From the NCBI GenBank assembly GCA_965116025.1, contig OZ220480.1, positions 448,001 to 512,000 of the forward strand: a stretch of 64,000 nt of DNA. The letters run 5' to 3'. The notes under the pieces were generated by a model, which was not told the origin of the DNA, searched no databases, and was given only the letters and a program-made list of their open reading frames with translations. Shown here one piece after another: positions 45,105 to 53,924 of this stretch. Made by a program: the position numbers and the translations under genes. The DNA comes from an uncultured candidatus Porisulfidus sp. Lineage in GTDB: Bacteria; Pseudomonadota; Gammaproteobacteria; Poriferisulfidales; Poriferisulfidaceae. Every line of letters begins with the position of its first letter. Position 1 is the first letter of the stretch.

Positions 45105-45751
45105 CGCTTCTCCAAGAGCCGTTCGGTCGCGCCGTCGCTGACCCGCAGCTTTCCGCCAGCCCGATCTATCGCGCGAATCCTCCAGCCGAGCCGGGACTCG
45201 CCCTCTCGGACCGGGAGAATGCGCCCCTGATGCTCAAGCAACGCGTACGGCCGCCCATGCCATACCTCGACCCCTCGAAAAGTGAACGCCGGTTCCGCGG
45301 ACGCCTGATTCGCCGGCTCTTCCAGCGAAGCCAGCAATCGATCCACGCCGCGCTCCAAAGCCCGCAGTCTTTGGCCCATATCCTGCAGGCCCGAGAGTTG
45401 CGTCTCGACCTTCTCGTCCAGCCTTCTCTCCCACTCCCCGCGCGCTCGCGCCCGCTCTAGGCGCCGCTTCTCGGAGGACTCGAGGCCGCGCCGATTCCAT
45501 TCGTCGAGACGGGCCTCCAAAGCATGCGCCAGAGATTCCGACAACTCCCCGATGTCGATCTCGAAGGCCGCGCTGGCCAGCGACGGAGGATCGGCCGGGT
45601 GGAGCGCGTCCAACCCCGGGTCGGGAATCGAGATCGTCCCGCGCGAGACCGGCAACGCGATAAGGACGAGAGCGGTGAGCGACAATGAGAATATCACTCC
45701 CGCCGCCACCCAGATCCGCCAGCGCGGACGGGCTGATTTTCCAGAATTCAT
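45101..45751 (-). CDS. ICE-associated TM/coiled-coil protein
   Basis: N-terminal TM, coiled coil, C-terminal 'FTFRGVEVWHG...EGESRLGWRIRAI' resembling the gene upstream of TIGR03759 in PFGI-1-type ICEs; ATGA overlap. Confidence 0.65.
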   Translation of the reverse strand: MNSGKSARPRWRIWVAAGVIFSLSLTALVLIALPVSRGTISIPDPGLDALHPADPPSLASAAFEIDIGELSESLAHALEARLDEWNRRGLESSEKRRLERARARGEWERRLDEKVETQLSGLQDMGQRLRALERGVDRLLASLEEPANQASAEPAFTFRGVEVWHGRPYALLEHQGRILPVREGESRLGWRIRAIDRAGGKLRVSDGATERLLEKR

Positions 45752-45817
45752 GGGATTTTCCCTCGGTGATTTCGCGAAACGTCCGTTCTACCGCGAAACG
45801 TCCAAGAAGTAAACGAG

Positions 45818-45843
45818 AAATAGTCACAATTTCGTGACCATTT
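45818..45843. promoter_or_regulatory. palindromic site AAATAGTCAC-N6-GTGACCATTT (copy 2)
   Basis: 29/30 identity to 44606-44635; 67 nt upstream of the first T4SS-cluster gene. Confidence 0.7.
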
Positions 45844-45970
45844 TTAACTCTCATGAATCAATGATTTGAGGGAATTGATCTTGAGGTCGGGCGAAATTCG
45901 CGCGCGAATCCGTCCCTCTCGCCCGGCGGGCGGGCGCGATTTTTCCGGGACGCGGCGGCGCGTTCCGCGC

Positions 45971-46705
45971 CTATTCGATCCAGATCAGCGTCGCCATGCG
46001 TCCGGTCGCTCGATCCCGCCGGCACGAATAAAAACGTCGCCGATCCTCGAAAACGCATCCCTCGAAGCGGTAGAGCCGCTCGATTCCGGCCCACCGCAAC
46101 TGCCACGCCGCGGCCGCCCCCAGATCCATCAGCCAGCGACCCGGGCGCCGGGACGGTCGCGTCGCGGCCTGGGCGAGCTCCTCGCCCAGCGCCGCCCGAA
46201 CCGGGCCATCCACCTCGTAGCGACCTGCGCTGATCGCCGGGCCCAGCCAAGCGAGAAGATCTTCCGGCGGCCCCGGGTAGGCGCGAACCGCCGCGCGCGC
46301 GACGTTCGCGACGACGCCACGCCAGCCGACATGCGCCGCGGCCACCCACTCGCCGCGCCGCGAGCACAATAGCACCGGCAGGCAGTCCGCCGTCTGCACG
46401 ACGCATACCGGTCCCGCTCGAGCGGCGTAGCTCGCGTCCGCCGAGGCGAGCTCGGGCTCCACCCGCGCCTCCCGGACCTCGGCCCCATGCCGCTGATCCA
46501 GCCAATACGGCTCGCTCGGAAGTCCCAGGCCGCGCGACAGGATCTCCCGGTTCTTCCTCGCGTCCTCGGGCCGGTCGCCCACATGCGTGGCCAGATTGAA
46601 GCTCGCGCGCGCGCCTCGACTGACCCCGCCGATCCTGGTGCTCGAGGCGGCCCGCACGCGGCGGGGCGCTGGCCAGTCAGGAAACACGTATTCCGGATCA
46701 GTCAC
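45971..46705 (-). CDS. pgeF: peptidoglycan editing factor PgeF (YfiH)
   Basis: STRIGGVS, FNLATHVGD, LDQRHG, TADCLPV, AHVGWRG, LGPAIS, FYSCRR; rluD-pgeF synteny. Confidence 0.93.
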   Translation of the reverse strand: MTDPEYVFPDWPAPRRVRAASSTRIGGVSRGARASFNLATHVGDRPEDARKNREILSRGLGLPSEPYWLDQRHGAEVREARVEPELASADASYAARAGPVCVVQTADCLPVLLCSRRGEWVAAAHVGWRGVVANVARAAVRAYPGPPEDLLAWLGPAISAGRYEVDGPVRAALGEELAQAATRPSRRPGRWLMDLGAAAAWQLRWAGIERLYRFEGCVFEDRRRFYSCRRDRATGRMATLIWIE

Positions 46706-47645
46706 GGCCCTCTTCCAAAAGAGCCAGCAGGCGTCGAAAATCTTCCGGCTCCTCCGCCTTCCAGTGAAGCGAGATCCCGCGCGTCGGGTGCCGAAGTCGC
46801 AGGGCGCGGGCGTGCAGCGCCTGGCGCCCGAACCCCCGCACCGCGTCGCGGACGGAAGCGGGAGCGCCGGCCGGGCTTCTCGCCCGACCACCGTACGCCG
46901 GATCCCCGACCACCGGATGCCCCAAGTGCGCCAGATGCACCCGGATCTGGTGCGTCCGCCCGGTCTCGAGCCGGATATCGAGCAAGGCCAGTCCCTGGAA
47001 TCCGCGGGCCACCCGGAAATGCGTGATAGCCTCCCTGCCGCCGTCGCGCACGCACATGCGCTGGCGCCGTCGGGGATGCCGCCCGATCGGCTCCTTGATC
47101 GTCCCGCCCGCGACCGGCTCGCCTTGGACCAAGGCGCGATATCGCCGCTCGACCTCCCGCGCCTGGAGCTGCCGGGTCAGCACCGCGCACGCTTCCGCGG
47201 TGCGCGCCACCGCCACCAGCCCGGTCGTGTCGCGATCCAGCCGATGCACGATACCCGCCCGGGGCACCAAAGCGGTCTCCGGGAAGTGGAAGAGGAGGGC
47301 GTTCTGGATAGTACCGTCCGGATGTCCCGGCGCCGGGTGCATGACCTGCCCGGCCGCCTTGTCCAGAACGATCAGCTCCTCGTCGGCGAACACGACGCTC
47401 AGCGGCAAGTCTTGCGGCGCGCATCGCGAGGGCGAGGCGACTGGCGGCCAGATCTCGATCCGCTCGCGCCCATCCACCAGATCCCGGGGGCGGGCGGTCT
47501 CGCCCTCCACCAGCACGCGCCCCGCGCGGATCCAGTCCTGCAGCCGCCGGCGAGAGAACTGGTCCAGCGTCCGGGCCAGCGCGACGTCCAAGCGCGCGCC
47601 GGCCTGATCTTCCGGCACTTCCAGTTTCAGAGGGAATTCGTCCAA
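46698..47645 (-). CDS. rluD: 23S rRNA pseudouridine synthase RluD
   Basis: S4 domain, HPAPGH, GIVHRLDRDTTG, LETGRTHQIRVH, RQALHA. Confidence 0.96.
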   Translation of the reverse strand: MDEFPLKLEVPEDQAGARLDVALARTLDQFSRRRLQDWIRAGRVLVEGETARPRDLVDGRERIEIWPPVASPSRCAPQDLPLSVVFADEELIVLDKAAGQVMHPAPGHPDGTIQNALLFHFPETALVPRAGIVHRLDRDTTGLVAVARTAEACAVLTRQLQAREVERRYRALVQGEPVAGGTIKEPIGRHPRRRQRMCVRDGGREAITHFRVARGFQGLALLDIRLETGRTHQIRVHLAHLGHPVVGDPAYGGRARSPAGAPASVRDAVRGFGRQALHARALRLRHPTRGISLHWKAEEPEDFRRLLALLEEGRD

Positions 47646-47715
47646 CGGCCGCTCCCGGAGCAGGGCTTCATCGTAGCATCACGTTATAATTCGCGAGTTC
47701 GGCCCGATCCCCGCG

Positions 47716-48879
47716 ATGCGCCTCTCCCCTGTCGTTCCCTGTCTTCTGTCGTCCTCGTTACTGCTGGCCGCGTGCGGGCTGTTGCCGGACGCGCCGGAGA
47801 CCGAGTACGAGGGGAAATCCGCGGCGCAACTGTACGCCATGGGACTTTCCTATCGACGCGGAGGCGACTTCACCAAGGCGATCGAGGCGTTCGAGCACTT
47901 GGAATCGGGATATCCCTTCGATCCGTACGCGCAGCAGGGACTGCTGGAGATGGCGTACTCCATGTATCGGCAGGAAGAGTACACCGAGTCGATCGTCACG
48001 CTCAATCGCTTCATCAAGCAAAACCCTCTGCACGCGCACATCGCGTACGCGCACTACATGCTTGGCGTCTCCTATCTGGATTACGGACGCACCCTGCTGC
48101 ACTACATCCTTCCCTACATCCGCCACAACAAGGATCCGACCCCCTGGCTGCGCTCGTTCACGAACTTCTCTCTGGTCGTGACGAAATATCCACGATCCCA
48201 ATACGCGCCGGACGCCCGGCAGCACACGATCTTCCTGCGCAATCTTCTGGCGCGCTACGAGATGCATGTCGCGGATTTCTATTTGCGCCGCAAGGCCTAC
48301 GTCGCCGTGGTCAACCGGAGCAAGCGCGCGCTGAGCCGCTATCACGGGGCTCCGAACATGGACGACATGCTTTGGTATCTGGAGCAGGGCTACCGCCATC
48401 TGGAGATGCACCAGCTCGCGGACGACGCGCGAAGCGTCCGGGACCTGAACTTCCCGGAGTACGAGGCCCGCAAGGCGGCCGAGGAAGAGGAGCCGACCTG
48501 GTTATCCAGAACGGGCGAGTGGGCCAACGACATGGTCGACGAGGCGGCCATTTTCGTCGGGTTCGACATCGAGGAGCTGCCGCCGCCCGATTTTCGCGGC
48601 AAGTACCAAAGAGTCTCCCTGCATCTCGGCGAGACCGAGGAATTCCTCGCCGCGCACGAGCCGGACAAGATCGTGGTCAGCGAGGTCCCGAGCGGTCATG
48701 TCCCGACCTCGGACATCGACGACGAGGACCTGTGGGCCCAGTTTCTCAGGCTCTTCGGCCTTTCCGAAGACGAGGAGCTCCCAAGCGCCCCTCAGGGCGA
48801 GTCGGAGCCCGCCGCCCCGGAAACGTCCGCGCCAGAGGAAGAATCCGCGCCCGACCCGGAGCCGGCGGCCGGACCTTGA
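47716..48879 (+). CDS. bamD: outer membrane protein assembly factor BamD with acidic C-terminal extension
   Basis: Lipobox LAAC, YPFDPYAQQ, RFIKQNP.H, KYPRSQYAPDA, LARYEMHVADFYLRRKAYVAVVNR; divergent from rluD. Confidence 0.93.
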   Translation: MRLSPVVPCLLSSSLLLAACGLLPDAPETEYEGKSAAQLYAMGLSYRRGGDFTKAIEAFEHLESGYPFDPYAQQGLLEMAYSMYRQEEYTESIVTLNRFIKQNPLHAHIAYAHYMLGVSYLDYGRTLLHYILPYIRHNKDPTPWLRSFTNFSLVVTKYPRSQYAPDARQHTIFLRNLLARYEMHVADFYLRRKAYVAVVNRSKRALSRYHGAPNMDDMLWYLEQGYRHLEMHQLADDARSVRDLNFPEYEARKAAEEEEPTWLSRTGEWANDMVDEAAIFVGFDIEELPPPDFRGKYQRVSLHLGETEEFLAAHEPDKIVVSEVPSGHVPTSDIDDEDLWAQFLRLFGLSEDEELPSAPQGESEPAAPETSAPEEESAPDPEPAAGP

Positions 48880-48883
48880 CCGA

Positions 48884-50482
48884 TCAGGGCCGGTATCGGG
48901 ACGTGATCGGATAGCGCCGGTCCCGCCCGAAAGCCCGCTCCGTCGTCTTCACCCCCGGCGGAGCCTGCCTGCGCTTGTGCTCGCTTCCGAGCACCCGGTC
49001 GATCACGTCCCGGACCAGATTGGCGTCGAAACCCCGCGCCACGATTTCCGCGAGCGAGCGGTCCTCCTCGATGAACAAGCGCAACACGTCATCCAGCACG
49101 GCGTAGTCCGGCAGCGAGTCGGAGTCTTTCTGGCCTGGCCTCAGCTCCGCCGTCGGCGCGCGGGTCAGGATCCTCTCCGGAATAATCTCGCCCGCGCGGT
49201 CGCGATGACGGGCCAACCGGTACACGCGAGTCTTGTAGATATCCTTGAGCGGGGCGAATCCCCCCGCCATATCGCCGTACAGGGTCGCGTACCCGACCGC
49301 CAGCTCGCTCTTGTTGCCGGTCGTCAAAAGCAGCTTTCCGCTCCGGTTCGAGAGCGCCATCAGCAGCAGGCCGCGGGCGCGCGCCTGCAGATTCTGGCGA
49401 ACCAGATCGTCGCGCTCGGCCTCTGGACCCAAGGTGTCGAGGGCGGCCCGGAAAACAGGCTCGATCGACAACTCCCGGGGAGGGACGCCCAAACGCTCGC
49501 ACAGCGCCCGGGCGTCCTCTCCACTAGCCGCGGAAGTGTATCGTGAGGGCAGGAGCACGGCCTCCAGGCGCTCGGGACCCAGCGCGTCCACCGCGATGAC
49601 CAGAGTCAAGGCCGAATCGATACCGCCAGACAGCCCCACCAGCGCGCCGGGCGCTCGGTGCTTGCTCACGTAGTCGCGAACTCCTAGGACCAAAGCCTGA
49701 TATAAGGTCTCGTCCTCGTCCGCCTCCTCGGCGTCCGGCCCGGCCCCGCTCCAGCTCGATCCGTCGTCCGTCAGCTCCGCTTCCGCCTCGACGAACGAGG
49801 GCAGCCGGGCGACGCGTCGCCCGGAAGCGTCCAGCGCGAAACTCCCCCCGTCGAACACCAGCTCGTCTTGTCCGCCAATCTGGTTGACGTACCAGACCGG
49901 GAGACCCGTCTCCCGAACGCGGGCGCGCGCGACTTCCAGACGCTTGGAAGCCTTGCGGAAATCGAACGGCGAGGCGCTCAGGCAGACCAGCGCCTCGGCC
50001 CCGGCCGCCGCCAGATCGGCGGCCGGCTCCGGACTCCACAAGTCCTCGCACACCAGCAACCCGAGCCGGCGGCCCGCCTCGACGACGAAAGGCTCCGATC
50101 CCGGCGCGAAATAGCGCGGCTCGTCGAAGACGTCATGGTGCGGCAGGATCCTTTTGCGGGCGAAGCCGACTCGCTGGCCCTGGTGGAGCGCGCAGGCGGC
50201 GTTGAACAACGCGCCCCGCTCGCGGACCGGGGCGCCGACGATCACCCAGCTATCCCCGCTTCTCCGCGCCAGCCGCTCCATCGCCTCGTCGACGCGGTCG
50301 AGAAAGTCCTCGCGCAACAGGAGATCCTCTGGAGAGTAGCCGCACAGCGCGAGCTCCGGGAACACCCAGATCGAGGGCTGGTCCCGGCCCGCGAGCCGCT
50401 CCTCGATGCGGGCGCGATTGCCATCGATGTCGCCGACGATCGGGTTGAACTGGACGAGCCGTACGGGAAGACGCTGGGACAT
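48884..50482 (-). CDS. nadE: glutamine-dependent NAD+ synthetase
   Basis: Nitrilase domain (FPELALCGY, CEDLW, GGQDELVFDG) plus GLSGGIDS, NLQARAR, TGNKSE, GYATLYGD. Confidence 0.96.
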   Translation of the reverse strand: MSQRLPVRLVQFNPIVGDIDGNRARIEERLAGRDQPSIWVFPELALCGYSPEDLLLREDFLDRVDEAMERLARRSGDSWVIVGAPVRERGALFNAACALHQGQRVGFARKRILPHHDVFDEPRYFAPGSEPFVVEAGRRLGLLVCEDLWSPEPAADLAAAGAEALVCLSASPFDFRKASKRLEVARARVRETGLPVWYVNQIGGQDELVFDGGSFALDASGRRVARLPSFVEAEAELTDDGSSWSGAGPDAEEADEDETLYQALVLGVRDYVSKHRAPGALVGLSGGIDSALTLVIAVDALGPERLEAVLLPSRYTSAASGEDARALCERLGVPPRELSIEPVFRAALDTLGPEAERDDLVRQNLQARARGLLLMALSNRSGKLLLTTGNKSELAVGYATLYGDMAGGFAPLKDIYKTRVYRLARHRDRAGEIIPERILTRAPTAELRPGQKDSDSLPDYAVLDDVLRLFIEEDRSLAEIVARGFDANLVRDVIDRVLGSEHKRRQAPPGVKTTERAFGRDRRYPITSRYRP

Positions 50483-50500
50483 AGGAACGCGCGAGCGCTT

Positions 50501-51670
50501 TCATTCATTGTACGTCGGAACCAATCGCAGCAGCTTCCCATCGGAATCGTCCGTCAGAAAGTAGATCAGGCCGTCCGGCAACGCTCGCGCGTCGCGGACG
50601 CGAAGCCCCCGGGGCTCCGGCAAAACGCTCTCGTCCATACCCCCATCCTTCCGCGGTCGCAGTCGGAGCGCGACCCGGGATTTCAGCGCCCCGACCAGGA
50701 AATGCCCGCGCCACCGCGCGAAGCGGTCCCCGTCATAGATCGCGAGGCCCGAGGGGGCGATCGACGGAGTCCAGTGCGTCACGGGCGGCTCGACGCCGGG
50801 CGCGCCGGTCCGCTCGCTGATCATCCCACCGGTGTATTCCCGCCCGTGCGTGACCTTGGGCCAGCCGTAATTGGCGCCCGCGCGAACGCGGTTCAGCTCG
50901 TCCCCGCCTTTCGGCCCATGCTCGTGCAGCCAAAGCTCTCCGTCTATGGGATTCCACGCGAGCCCCTGCGGGTTTCGGTGGCCATAGGAGTAGATTTCCG
51001 GGAGAGCGCCGGCATCCTCGACGAACGGATTGTCGGCCGGGACCCGCCCATCCGCATGCAAACGAATCAACTTGCCCCAGTGATTGTCCAGTCTCTGCGC
51101 GCGCTCGCGCTCGCCCCGGTCCCCCACGGTCAGGAACAGATCGCCGCGGGCGTCGAACGCCAGCCGGCCCCCGAAATGCCAGGTCAAGCCACCGCACGGT
51201 CTCGCCTCGAACAGCAACTGACCCTCCTCAAGCCGATTCCCCTGGAGACGATATCGGCTTAGCGCGAGCGTGAAACCCGCCACGCAAGACTTGCTGTAGC
51301 TGAGATAGATCCAGCGGTCGTCCGCCCGTCCGTATCGTGGATGCGTCGCCACGTCCAGCAATCCCCCCTGCCCGACCCAAATCACTTCCGGCGTTCCCTC
51401 GACCGGCCGGCGGTCGCCGAAGTCAGGATCGACGCGAAGCAGGCGCCCAGGTTTTTCCGTGATCAGCAGAGAGCCATCCGGCAAGCGCGCCAAGCTCCAG
51501 GGATACTCCAGCCCTTCCTGCAGGGTCTCGACCCGATACGAAAGATCGTCCGGCTCCCTTGACGCGACCGTTCCCGCGGCGAGCAAGGCCGCGATCATGC
51601 AGAGCGCGAGCGCGCGGGAGCTGTTCCGCCCCCTGCCCGCGCCAGTTGATCGTCGCCACGAAAACTCCAC
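50501..51670 (-). CDS. PQQ-dependent sugar dehydrogenase (soluble aldose/glucose dehydrogenase family)
   Basis: GLEYPW, GQGGLLDV, HFGGRL, YGHRNPQG, EHGPKGGDELN, NYGWP, SIAPSG, RVRD; start may be 51598. Confidence 0.92.
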   Translation of the reverse strand: MEFSWRRSTGAGRGRNSSRALALCMIAALLAAGTVASREPDDLSYRVETLQEGLEYPWSLARLPDGSLLITEKPGRLLRVDPDFGDRRPVEGTPEVIWVGQGGLLDVATHPRYGRADDRWIYLSYSKSCVAGFTLALSRYRLQGNRLEEGQLLFEARPCGGLTWHFGGRLAFDARGDLFLTVGDRGERERAQRLDNHWGKLIRLHADGRVPADNPFVEDAGALPEIYSYGHRNPQGLAWNPIDGELWLHEHGPKGGDELNRVRAGANYGWPKVTHGREYTGGMISERTGAPGVEPPVTHWTPSIAPSGLAIYDGDRFARWRGHFLVGALKSRVALRLRPRKDGGMDESVLPEPRGLRVRDARALPDGLIYFLTDDSDGKLLRLVPTYNE

Positions 51671-51746
51671 CGCTCGTCTCCCCGCCTCGAGGCGATCCCG
51701 CCACTCGCGCCCCCTACAATACCATCACGCTCCTCAAGTTCGTCCC

Positions 51747-52541
51747 ATGCCGTATTCCGAGATTTTCTGGTTTTGCGTCGCGTTCGCGGTTGGCGCCGTG
51801 GCCGGCAGCTTCCTGAACGTCTTGGTATTCCGGTTGCCCGTCATGGCGCGGGAAGAGGATCCCGATCTGGACTTGTGGTCTCCGCGCTCGCGCTGCCCCC
51901 ACTGCCTTCGGACGATTCAGCCACTCGGTCTGATCCCGATTCTTGGATATCTCGTCCTGCGGGGCCGTTGCGCCTTCTGCGAAACTCCCATCTCGCCGCA
52001 ATACCCTCTTCTGGAACTGGTGGCGGGCCTGCTCGCGGTCGGCGCGCTCGCGGGCGCGGACAGCCTCGCCAAGGCTGGCGCCTACGCCACGCTGGGTTGG
52101 GGACTGATGGCCCTCGGCCTGATCGACTGGCGAACTCGAACTCTACCGGACCTGCTCGTCTATCCGCTGCTGTGGCTAGGGCTGCTGGCGAACGCGCGCG
52201 ATCTGTTCGCGCCGACGGGCGACGCGGTGATCGGGGCGGTCGCGGGCTATCTCTCTCTATGGCTCCTGAACCGTCTGTTCTATTTCTTCCGAAACGAGCC
52301 CGGCATGGGCCATGGCGATTTCAAGATGTTCGCCGTATGCGGAGCATGGCTCGGCTGGGCGCCGTTGCCCTGGGTGGCCTTGGCCGCGTCGATTCTGACC
52401 CTAGCGCCGTGGCTGGTCCTGCGGGCGCGCGGCGAAGACCGCCGCGCGCTTCCCTTCGGTCCCGCGCTGGGACTGGCGCTGTTCGGCGCTCTGGTCTGGC
52501 AGGACATCGCGGAAGCGGCGCTCGGCGGGACCGGGCTTTGA
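51747..52541 (+). CDS. pilD: prepilin peptidase/N-methyltransferase
   Basis: GSFLNV..RLP, CPHC...CAFC, YPLLEL, IDW...LPD, GMGHGDFK, PFGPAL; pilD-coaE-zapD synteny. Confidence 0.93.
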   Translation: MPYSEIFWFCVAFAVGAVAGSFLNVLVFRLPVMAREEDPDLDLWSPRSRCPHCLRTIQPLGLIPILGYLVLRGRCAFCETPISPQYPLLELVAGLLAVGALAGADSLAKAGAYATLGWGLMALGLIDWRTRTLPDLLVYPLLWLGLLANARDLFAPTGDAVIGAVAGYLSLWLLNRLFYFFRNEPGMGHGDFKMFAVCGAWLGWAPLPWVALAASILTLAPWLVLRARGEDRRALPFGPALGLALFGALVWQDIAEAALGGTGL

Positions 52542-52551
52542 GGGCGGGCGC

Positions 52552-53145
52552 GTGATCCGGGTCGGCATGACGGGCGGAATCGCCTGCGGGAAATCTCAGG
52601 CCGCCCATCGCTTCGCGGAACTCGGCGTCCCCATCATCGACGCCGACGATGTCGCGCGGGCGCTGACCGCCCCGGATGGCCGGCTGGCCCGGGCCGTGGC
52701 AGAGCGGGCTGGGCCGGAAACGCTGGCGAAAGACGGAAGTCTGGACCGGACACGGCTACGCGCGCGAATGTTTCGCGACGAGGCCCTGCGCCGGGATCTG
52801 GAGTCCCTGCTGCACCCCCCGATACGGACCGCCATTCGAGACTGGTTCGCGCGGCAAGAAGGAAAACCTTACGCCATCGCGGTGGTTCCGCTGCTGGTGG
52901 AGGCCGGCTGGCGGGATGACGTGGATCGAATTCTGGTCGTGCACTGCCCCGAGCGCTTGCAACGCGCGCGATTGCGCGCGCGCGCTCCAAAAATGGATAA
53001 TACGCAGACTGACGCCATCCTGTCCGCGCAGCTATCGGCGGCGGAGCGATTGCGGCATGCGGACGACGTGATCGTGAACGAGGCGGGACTGGACGCCTTG
53101 GAACGAGCGGCAGAAGATCTGCATCGAAAATACATGGCGGCATGA
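52552..53145 (+). CDS. coaE: dephospho-CoA kinase
   Basis: GMTGGIACGKS, IIDAD, LDR, LLHP, PLLVE, ADDVIVN. Confidence 0.96.
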   Translation: MIRVGMTGGIACGKSQAAHRFAELGVPIIDADDVARALTAPDGRLARAVAERAGPETLAKDGSLDRTRLRARMFRDEALRRDLESLLHPPIRTAIRDWFARQEGKPYAIAVVPLLVEAGWRDDVDRILVVHCPERLQRARLRARAPKMDNTQTDAILSAQLSAAERLRHADDVIVNEAGLDALERAAEDLHRKYMAA

Positions 53146-53924
53146 GCGACGCTTCTCCTTCCTCCTTAGTCTACGAGCAGGCGGTCAACGAGCGCATGCG
53201 CGCGTTTCTGCGCATCGACTTTCTGGCGCGGCAGTTCGAGCGCCACTACGCCGAGGCTTCCCTGTGGGGGATCCGCGCCGCGGTCTCCACCTTGCTGGAG
53301 TTCGTCAGCCTGATCAGCCGGCACAACATCAAGGTCGAGTTGATCCGGGAACTGGACCAACGGCTTTCCTGGCTCGAGATGCTGGGCGCGTCCGACAACG
53401 CGGACCCGGACCTCCTTCGGGAAATCATCGAGCTGCACCAAAGCCTTCGGGAAGACGCGCACAACCTGCGGTATCCCGTGCACCAGCACCTCACCCGAAA
53501 CGACATGCTCAACACCGTCAGCCAGCGCATCCGCATGCCCGGGTGCACCAGCGAGACCGACATCCCCCAATACCACAACTGGCTGGCCCACGGCCAGATC
53601 GACCATGCAGCCCAGCTGCGGCAGTGGTACGAACCATTCGCGCCCATCATCGAGATCGCGCGGACCGTGCTGGAGATGGTGCGCGACAGCGCCCCGTTCA
53701 CGCCCGAGACCGCCCGGGAGGGCTGGTTCGAGCGCCCGCTGGACCCAGGGCGAGCGCATCAGATGATCCGCATACGCATGCCCGAGAACTCGGACATCTA
53801 TCCAGAGATCAGCATCGGGAAGCGCGCCTTCAGCATCGTGTTTCGCGAGGGCGGGGACCCGGCGCGACGGCCCGCCCAGACCAGCCAGGAAATCGAGTTC
53901 GAACTAGCCTGCTGCCTGTTCTAG
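53142..53924 (+). CDS. zapD: cell division protein ZapD
   Basis: YEQAVNERMRAFLR, IKVELIREL, RIRMPGCT..DIP, YPEISIGK, FELACC. Confidence 0.9.
   Translation: MSDASPSSLVYEQAVNERMRAFLRIDFLARQFERHYAEASLWGIRAAVSTLLEFVSLISRHNIKVELIRELDQRLSWLEMLGASDNADPDLLREIIELHQSLREDAHNLRYPVHQHLTRNDMLNTVSQRIRMPGCTSETDIPQYHNWLAHGQIDHAAQLRQWYEPFAPIIEIARTVLEMVRDSAPFTPETAREGWFERPLDPGRAHQMIRIRMPENSDIYPEISIGKRAFSIVFREGGDPARRPAQTSQEIEFELACCLF

Larger units (their letters stand above)
32476..45751 (-). mobile_element. ICE-derived (PFGI-1/SPI-7 type, MPF-G) type IV secretion gene cluster with no relaxase, coupling protein or integrase in the window
   Basis: Run of co-oriented genes in largely canonical order (RAQPRD-TIGR03758-03745-03750-03746-03749-03752-03751...VirB4, TIGR03755, TraG_N); no tRNA or att repeat at the borders; current mobility doubtful. 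Confidence 0.8.
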
